Positions 42,201 to 47,724 of a stretch of 47,724 nucleotides of DNA are shown here, piece after piece. The first letter of the stretch is position 1; every line of letters begins with the position of its first letter. The position numbers were made by a program, and so were the translations under genes. Location: contig JAVKOQ020000103.1 of the NCBI GenBank assembly GCA_031835245.2, positions 124,001 through 171,724 on the forward strand. The letters are read 5' to 3'. The notes beneath the pieces were generated by a model, which saw only the letters and a list, made by a program, of their open reading frames with translations, did not search any database and was not told the origin of the DNA. The stretch comes from Balamuthia mandrillaris (lineage: Eukaryota).

Positions 42201-42544
42201 GAAAAAAGTGGGGATCCATTCAGAAGTCTGAGGTGGATAGCAAGTGCCCTGCATGTGATGCTGAGGAAGAAACAGCAGAACACTTCCTGTTAAGGTGTCC
42301 TAACCTTTGGGAAGATCGCTTTAGAATCTGGAGTGTGGACAATGGAAGTGAAGAACAAGTCAGAAAGCTGATTATTGAAGACTGTACAACAAAGCTCCTG
42401 TCAAGTGGAAAGAAATGTAACAGAGCTCAAGAGATGGAACAATGTAAGCAAAGTTGTAAACGAGTGTGGAGATTATGGGCAGCAAGAGCAAGTTGGAAGC
42501 ATGGAAGTTCTTCTGCATTTTATCAGTCTTTGGAAGTAATGTAA
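39239..42544 (+). CDS. LINE ORF2 (1101 aa): APE endonuclease, reverse transcriptase, C-terminal CCHC zinc finger
   Basis: EN motifs VNSRG, GVCE, VYLPP, GGDW(T), SIVDY, TDH. RT motifs YRGITLL, QGGFR, LDISKAYD, GVKQGGVLSPFLFN, FADD, KYLG. C-X2-C-X8-H-X4-C (CPACDAEEETAEHFLLRC). Confidence 0.96.
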   Translation: MTSVAFVNSRGWGQEELVSCWADSKQFDIIGVCEHRRMVAPRLEGYRWMGGGAAPGRSGYGRGGAGFFVREGYKGNIGERKEWRTPNSTWVELAGQGCIFIIGIVYLPPGGTVDNFKVTLAAIEKRILDVVKEGRPLIIGGDWTARVGKGWNGRGESTYNTRGKVLVEAFKRLALSLPQLEEEAPVFTWRAGKRKSIVDYVVAWRWTGKVVGDRWQAWTDHRPLVVELKDPADNCGGVWMERWKWKSYSEEDRKRRWREYKRGCKRFFKGEEWKAMVKKTREGTATVEDLWSKWKKGLWDCAMRWFGRERRLIGATTSRARKPWWTAELTSLNKQVVIAHAQWLREGKNDGKAREEFVELRKRFVKLWRANKWDWMKWKRQENIKEMQKWIGNMWRIVAKRRAEPKAVREHHGSTAAFKEHWAKLGRKDSSIGSLHREEAGPEGLPWSGSNWLKKESFNLAWRKRLRVGKAAGVDNIDGEMMKYGGKHVQDATWTLIKVIENQGIFPKEWKQGVVIPLHKAGDPQNPANYRGITLLCNAAKVFEGAILVQLNIQAREQGWISNCQGGFRKGRGVMDQVWRLKKCLMKRSKERTYIALLDISKAYDMLDHDILARTLRKRGAEEAAVGIITEWYHGMTSVIRMNGQLSEEFLVERGVKQGGVLSPFLFNVYIDVGARKLQAAEEKERGDKARNVCLLFADDLAVVASDPFELQRRLNVAVEAVNALGLQFNAKKSVVLVQGKKAHFQEWRLKGEAVKRVKEAKYLGLWFEESGEWTTHAKERITKAKQALYSLRQRGAIAQGLGTRTAQIAAEAIVKSTLSYGLCMTELSKSWWKKIEAVWNETARSVLQVHRRTVAGVCRAELGWLTIKAYCELERQAVIHHAERQDGHFELLEEVSQASEEEGEKNEGEGGDGTTVVEKKAKRMRALTRVAKMEYAAEGERGTRAWLWHNFLTNGRCLVGQQRSLVITNPRKERLMNAIRCGGLPIGKKWGSIQKSEVDSKCPACDAEEETAEHFLLRCPNLWEDRFRIWSVDNGSEEQVRKLIIEDCTTKLLSSGKKCNRAQEMEQCKQSCKRVWRLWAARASWKHGSSSAFYQSLEVM

Positions 42545-42902
42545 GCAAGGAAAAGAGGAAAAAGGAAAGGGAAAGAAAAGGATAGCTAGATGATACAAAG
42601 TTGGTCTGAAATCTCATTAAACACCTTTCACTTGTGAATTGAGTAACAATTGGGAAGGCATTGAGGATGAGGGAGTAAGAAAAGTAAGAGTACACTATGT
42701 ATGTACAAGGCTTACTTTTTATGTATAGATTGGTGTTGCTCTCAGAGCAAATAAACTTTTTATTACTACTACTATAATTATAAGGATAAAACCATTCCTT
42801 TCACAAGCAAACTTATTTTATTTCATTTATTTTTCACAAAACTTTCATTAACACACACTCATATAAGAAGCACACTTCCTTTGTTATTGTTGCAACAATG
42901 CA

Positions 42903-43335
42903 ATGTTAGAGTTTGAGGAATTGACAGTGAAGCAACTGTGCCAAAAGATTCAAGACCTTGGTGGATGAATTGCTACCAAGGACACTGTCACAACCCGGCC
43001 TTGGGTCGTGCCAATCCCTCTCTCTCACACAACGCTCACAAAGGAGAGATAAGATTGGGGTGGTTCTTGGTTTGCTCTTATTAGAAAGACCTGCTTCGTG
43101 TGTACAGTTTTTCTCTCTAATTCTGTTATTCTCTCCTTTTTCCCCTCTTTTCCCTTCTCTATTCTCTTGAATATTTTTCATGTCTTATCATTGACTATTA
43201 TAACGCAATACTTAGAGATTCCGTTGATTGGCTGGTTGACGTCATCCTATTGATGAGACCGAGATCGCGCCGCGTGACAACACCAAAGCAGTCGTCCTGG
43301 CCTGCACTTTTGATGCCGTAGCAGAATGCTTTTAA
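42903..43335 (+). pseudogene. Small pseudogene with a SAP/HeH/Rho-N-like N-terminus, interrupted by a solo LTR
   Basis: Removing the LTR plus one TSD copy restores MLEFEELTVKQLCQKIQDLGG*IATKDTKAVVLACTFDAVAECF*. Confidence 0.4.
42986..43279 (-). mobile_element. Solo LTR (second LTR family, 294 bp)
   Basis: Ends TGTCAC...GTGACA, 4-bp TSD ACAC (42982-42985, 43280-43283). TGACGTCA, CCAAT and TATA-like motifs suggest minus orientation. Confidence 0.75.
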
Positions 43336-43687
43336 CTACAACTACCATGAAAGCTGCAATCAATGGTATCTGGCCTTTTTGAGGCGGCTGAGAACAGATG
43401 GTGGCAAGGGAATCATTGTCAACCAATCTCCTCATTGACTTAATCATGTAGAAGAAGTAACAACTCTTAGTTTGAGGAAGGCAAACACTACTGTGGTAAT
43501 GGCCTCACTTTGCTCTCTGGAGCACCTGAAGTGCAATACTCAAAGAGCACTACTCAGCCTACATCCCATATCTTACCAAAAGTGCCCAAGATACTGTCAT
43601 GCTTCACTGTGTTGATGAAACAAGAATCAAAGGTCATATTTTTCTTAAAAGCCTTGATTTAAAAAGATGGACAACTATTTACAACCA

Positions 43688-44973
43688 TTAAATAAGGGAC
43701 AATATTCTGTGATGTAAAGTATTTTCTTTGACAGGATCATCTCGCACTACTCTGTGGCAGCAACATTTAGTGAACAAATAAAGAAAAATGAAGCAAATTT
43801 AAAACACTACATACATTTGAACGTGAGAAGATGAGTTGCTTCGATGAGACCGGTGGCCAATATCATGTTGTTGTGCAAGCACTAGATCAAGAAAAGCATG
43901 CAGCTGAGCATGTGCTTTAGTACCTTCAAGAAAAGTAGTCGAGTCGAGTGTGTTCTAAGAAACCGATTGAGATCAGGGATGAACATCGTCATTATACCAG
44001 TTGCCACAGAATAATGAATACAGGGAACATGTACCACATAAAGGCTGTGCCCTTCCACTATTTCGGAGCTAGACAAAGGTTTTAATGCTGTGAATTTGCT
44101 GGTAGCCCAAAGGTCTGCTTTTGTGCCTATGATAAGCACAGGCAAGCTGCCACGAAAGAGCTCAAGCTCTAACTTATGCTCTGAAAATGGCCTTGTTTGT
44201 GGCTTATCGCTGGTGAGTGAAGAGAAGGGGGAGAATGGCAGAGAAGAAAAAGAAGAAGTGTGGGAAAGGATAGTGGAAGAGAATGTGTGCTGTTGTTGGA
44301 ATGCGTCTTCGCTGTTGGCACTACCCGAAGCATCTCCTATCTCCTTCCATCGAAAACTATCTGCCCCTATCACTTGTTTTATCCATCCACTTAAATTTTC
44401 AAACGACTTTCGGTTGGTGAGATCATGAACCAATATTAATCCTTTTGAGACAATGTAAGTAGCCTGGGAGGTACCAAGAAGTTAGAGAGGAAGAGCTCAC
44501 CATTTGGAGCGTTGAAGAAGATGGTGCGAGCCTTGGCATACTTTTTAGCTCCACCAACATCCCAAAGTTCAATAAAGTATTGCCGTCTCCTGTGCTCATG
44601 TAGCTGGGAGGAACTGTGAGCAAACCGAAACAAAGAGCAGAAAAAAAAACTACCATTAGTTCAACTGAACAGCCAACGGTTCGGGAATTCCACTGTTTGG
44701 CCAGGGCTTGGCTAGAGCTTAGTAACTGGACAAGGCTACTCTTACCTGCCTGCAACAAAGGTCAGCTACATGGCAACACTTCTGCAAGAAAAACCATGAA
44801 CCTACGCCAGCGTCGCCTACAACCAAAACTTTGGTTGACTGATCGGAGATGTTAGTGTTCTCAGCAACAGGCCTCATGCTATTCATGTCCGCACCGGCAA
44901 AGGCAAAGGCCTCCTCCACACCTAAGCCAGAAGTGCGGTAGCCGCCGCCAGAGGAGCTGCTGACAGGCAGCAT
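43688..44973 (-). CDS. RABL3: Rab-like protein 3 small GTPase
   Basis: KVLVVGDAGVGKSSLVQLL, TVGCSVE, YFIELWDVGG, ILVHDLTNRKSFENL..W, PVLIIGTKAD. The 3' exon is tentative. Confidence 0.85.
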
Positions 44974-45269
44974 CGTTTTGGTGGTGGTTGGGTTCTTGTT
45001 GGTTGTTCCTCGATGCGAATAAGGGAATAATATAATAATAGGTTGGGATGGATAAAGCGGACCAGCACGCAGGGAAATGGACCCTCAGAGTTAGTTTCTC
45101 AATTTCTTCTCCTCTCCTCTGCCCCCCTCCCCCTTGCTTTTTCTTGTTCTTTCTTCTTCTTCTGTGCTGCTGCTGCTGCTGCTTTTTGTGGGTCGATTGT
45201 TTGTCGCTTTTGTCTACTTCTTCTTTTTCTTTTGACTCAAGGGAGCTGATTTTTTTCTTTTGAAGCGTC

Positions 45270-46472
45270 ATGTCTGGTTCCTCCTCCTCCGTAGCTGCGT
45301 TAAACACTCAAGCCACAAAGGACTCCAACCTCTTCCTTAACATAGGCTACTCAACCACCAGCTGCAAGCTCCATCCCGTGGTAGTGCTTAGCATCTTGGA
45401 CCACTTTGCGCGAAGGACGGAAGGACAAGAGCGTGTCATCGGCACTCTTTTGGGAGTCAACAATGATGGCGTAGTAGAAATCAGGAACTGTTTCCCTGTC
45501 CCACATACTGAAACCGATCAGGTAACTTTCTTGCTTGCTTGCACTCTGTGCCAGTTTGTTCAGTGTCTGATCTATTATTATGCGGTGGCGATGGTGGTAG
45601 CCTGCCTTGGACAGAGACTTTCACCGAAACATGTATGAGCTTCACCTCAAAGCCAATCCCCAAGAAAGAGTGGTTGGTTGGTACGTTTGTTCCTTTTCGC
45701 TGTCAGTGCGTTTCTCCCTAGTTAACGCCTCTTCTTCTCTTGTTCCTTCTTTTGCTACGGTTTCCCTTCTGGCAGGTACTCCACTGGAGGCACCATAAAC
45801 CAGAACTCGGTACTGTTCCATAACTTTTACTGGAGCGAGATGCAGGCTCCTCCTCTGCACCTTACAGTCGACACTGGTCTCAACAACGACAAGATGAACA
45901 TTAATGCATACATCAGTTCCTCTCTCTCATTTTCCGCTGGGCAGGAGGCTTCCTTGGGGTTCCAATTCAAGCCCGTGCAATTGGATTTCGAAGCCCAAAA
46001 GTCGGAGCAAATCGGATGTAAGTTTTGCACTCTCCCTCTCATACACTCTTTCTAATAACCGGCGTGATGGTTGCGCAGTGGATTTTCTGACCAAGGCAAG
46101 CCAAAATAAGCGAGAAGGCACACTGCTCCAAGAGCTTGACACGCTCGAGCTGTCTCTACAGCGGCTCATTTCTCTCCTCGACACTGTGTCTGAGTACGTT
46201 CAAGGCGTGCTGGTACGTGGCCAAGCCTTCTCCTTGCTTTAACCCCGCTTATACCAAACAACCACCAAACCTATCAGAGCGGAACGGAATCAGCAGACCC
46301 TGAGATTGCGCGGTTGCTAGCAGACACGCTTTCTTCCCTGCCTTCGTTGGACTCGGCTGCATTCACTAAAGTCTTCAATCAGAGCCTTAAAGACTTATTG
46401 ATGGTGGTGTACCTGGCTAACCTGACCCGTACCCAGCTTACCATCTCAGAGAAACTGCAAAGTTTGCACTGA
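45270..46472 (+). CDS. EIF3F: Eukaryotic translation initiation factor 3 subunit F (MPN domain)
   Basis: LHPVVVLSILDHFARR..RVIGTLLG..EIRNCFPVPH, VVGWYSTG, PLHLTVDT, DLLMVVYLANLTRTQL. Four introns. Confidence 0.93.
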
Positions 46473-47724
46473 GCGCAAAGGTAGTTTTAAAACAATGGGA
46501 GGAAAAAAAAACAGAAAAAGAAGCGGCTTTATGAAGCGTGGAAGAGAAGAAGGATAAAATAAATGCAAGCGACAGGTAGCTTGGCTTACTAGTGGGCTTG
46601 TTTGTGTTGGCTATGTTGCTGTTGATGATGGGCATGGGCTGGCTGGTGATGATGCCCATATGAGGAGGAAGACGAGGGGCCTTTCTTAGGGGCAGTGAAG
46701 CTACGTCCACCATTGCTAGTGGGGACGTGCTAGCACCAACGGTGGAAGTGCTATTATCAGTGGTGGCAGCACCAGCGTTAGAGTGGGAGTAAGGTGAGGC
46801 TGTTGCAGCAGCGCCAGCCACAGAATAGGCACTATTGTAGCCATTAAAGGGGTGGAGGTGATGCGGATGTGAGTGTGGGTGAGGGACATGGTGGGGGTGA
46901 TGATGATGGGGGTGCGTAAGATAGCCAGAGCCAGAGACTGCCGCAACAGCAGCTGCCGCATAGAGGTTCTGCGAAAAATAAGGGTTTTGGGAGAGATATG
47001 CCGCAGCAGCAGCTGGATGGGGCGGCCTGGATCCATGTTGTGATTGCTGTTGGTGAGGGTGATGCAAATAAACACTGGGAAGGCTGGCGGCAGCATGCAA
47101 TGCAAAGGTTGCTGAATGAGCATGTACTGCTGCTTGGTTGAAGAGCAACAGGTGAGGGTGGGTTAAAGGGTGCGGAGGGGGATAAGGTATGCTGCCGCTG
47201 CTTCCGCCTCCACGGGTACCATTTTGATTGTTGCTGGTATTTGTATTAGCTCCTCCTCGTTTGTTTCGGCCGGAACCCGTGGAAGAAACAGCAGTGGAAG
47301 ATGCAGGAGCAGAAGAAGAGGAAGTAGACGTAATGGAAGAAGAGTTGGTCAAAAATTGTGAGGGGGGGCCTGGAGGGCGAGAAGAGGGGGCCACAGGGTT
47401 CGTAGAAATTAAAGGATTGGTCAGTGGCTTAGAGGCAGGAAGATAGCTCTTGAGGCTGCGGCGCTTACGGTTGGATGCATTCTTTGGTTTCTTGACAGGA
47501 GCAACAGTCACTTTGGACACTCTGTTATCATCCTCAACTGACTGAGCGGGATGATCAGGCTGCAACTGGTCAAGTAAGCCTGCGGTACCGTTGGTAACAG
47601 CGGTTGTCGTGGTGGCGACAACGTCGGTGGTGTTGTTGGGGGTGGCAGCGGGATTGATAGTCGAAGGAATATTGGTTGTTGGGATAGTAGATGACAAGGG
47701 GGCTTCCTCCCAGCTGGGAGAGGC
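46438..47724 (-). CDS. 3' part of a low-complexity (Thr/Ser/His/Ala-rich) hypothetical protein entering from the right edge
   Basis: Open frame of more than 419 codons with a basic NLS-like patch (KKPKNASNRKRR). No domain recognised. Confidence 0.5.
   Translation of the reverse strand, partial: ASPSWEEAPLSSTIPTTNIPSTINPAATPNNTTDVVATTTTAVTNGTAGLLDQLQPDHPAQSVEDDNRVSKVTVAPVKKPKNASNRKRRSLKSYLPASKPLTNPLISTNPVAPSSRPPGPPSQFLTNSSSITSTSSSSAPASSTAVSSTGSGRNKRGGANTNTSNNQNGTRGGGSSGSIPYPPPHPLTHPHLLLFNQAAVHAHSATFALHAAASLPSVYLHHPHQQQSQHGSRPPHPAAAAAYLSQNPYFSQNLYAAAAVAAVSGSGYLTHPHHHHPHHVPHPHSHPHHLHPFNGYNSAYSVAGAAATASPYSHSNAGAATTDNSTSTVGASTSPLAMVDVASLPLRKAPRLPPHMGIITSQPMPIINSNIANTNKPTSKPSYLSLAFILSFFSSTLHKAASFSVFFSSHCFKTTFALSANFAVSLRW

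Larger units (their letters stand above)
37861..42771 (+). mobile_element. Full-length non-LTR retrotransposon (APE-RT-CCHC LINE) with (TAC)n tail and 16-bp TSD
   Basis: Identical CTATAATTATAAGGAT at 37845-37860 and 42772-42787. Two open ORFs. 3' UTR ends AATAAA-CTTTTTATTACTACTA. Confidence 0.95.

Overview
Gene-dense, intron-rich eukaryotic DNA. Short GT-AG introns often carry (CT)n tracts, and the gene set looks amoebozoan (Acanthamoeba/Balamuthia-like; this is inference only). Bases 1-26 kb and 43.7-47.7 kb hold compact multi-exon genes: MROH1/HEATR7A, a Kelch-PB1-STE11 MAP3K, PABP, Cactin, RUVBL2, PHYHD1, MECR, a UBE2Q-like E2, RABL3, eIF3f and two partial hypothetical genes at the window edges. 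About 26.3-43.7 kb is a nested, CpG-decayed transposon/pseudogene island. It contains a retropepsin pseudogene, an intron-containing IS630/Tc1-like transposase relic, several Ty3/Gypsy (chromovirus) pieces including a 1.08-kb two-LTR mini-element and a solo LTR, and five copies or fragments of one APE-RT LINE family. One LINE copy is full length with open ORF1/ORF2, an ATGA overlap, 3' stem-loops, a (TAC)n tail and a perfect 16-bp TSD. The most striking signal is that this LINE's tail appears without the rest of its 3' end. A 5-nt tail-only insert with a 13-bp duplication puts three stop codons into the last exon of Cactin, and a 150-nt internal ORF2 piece is joined directly to the tail. Exon boundaries were read by eye and no database searches were run.
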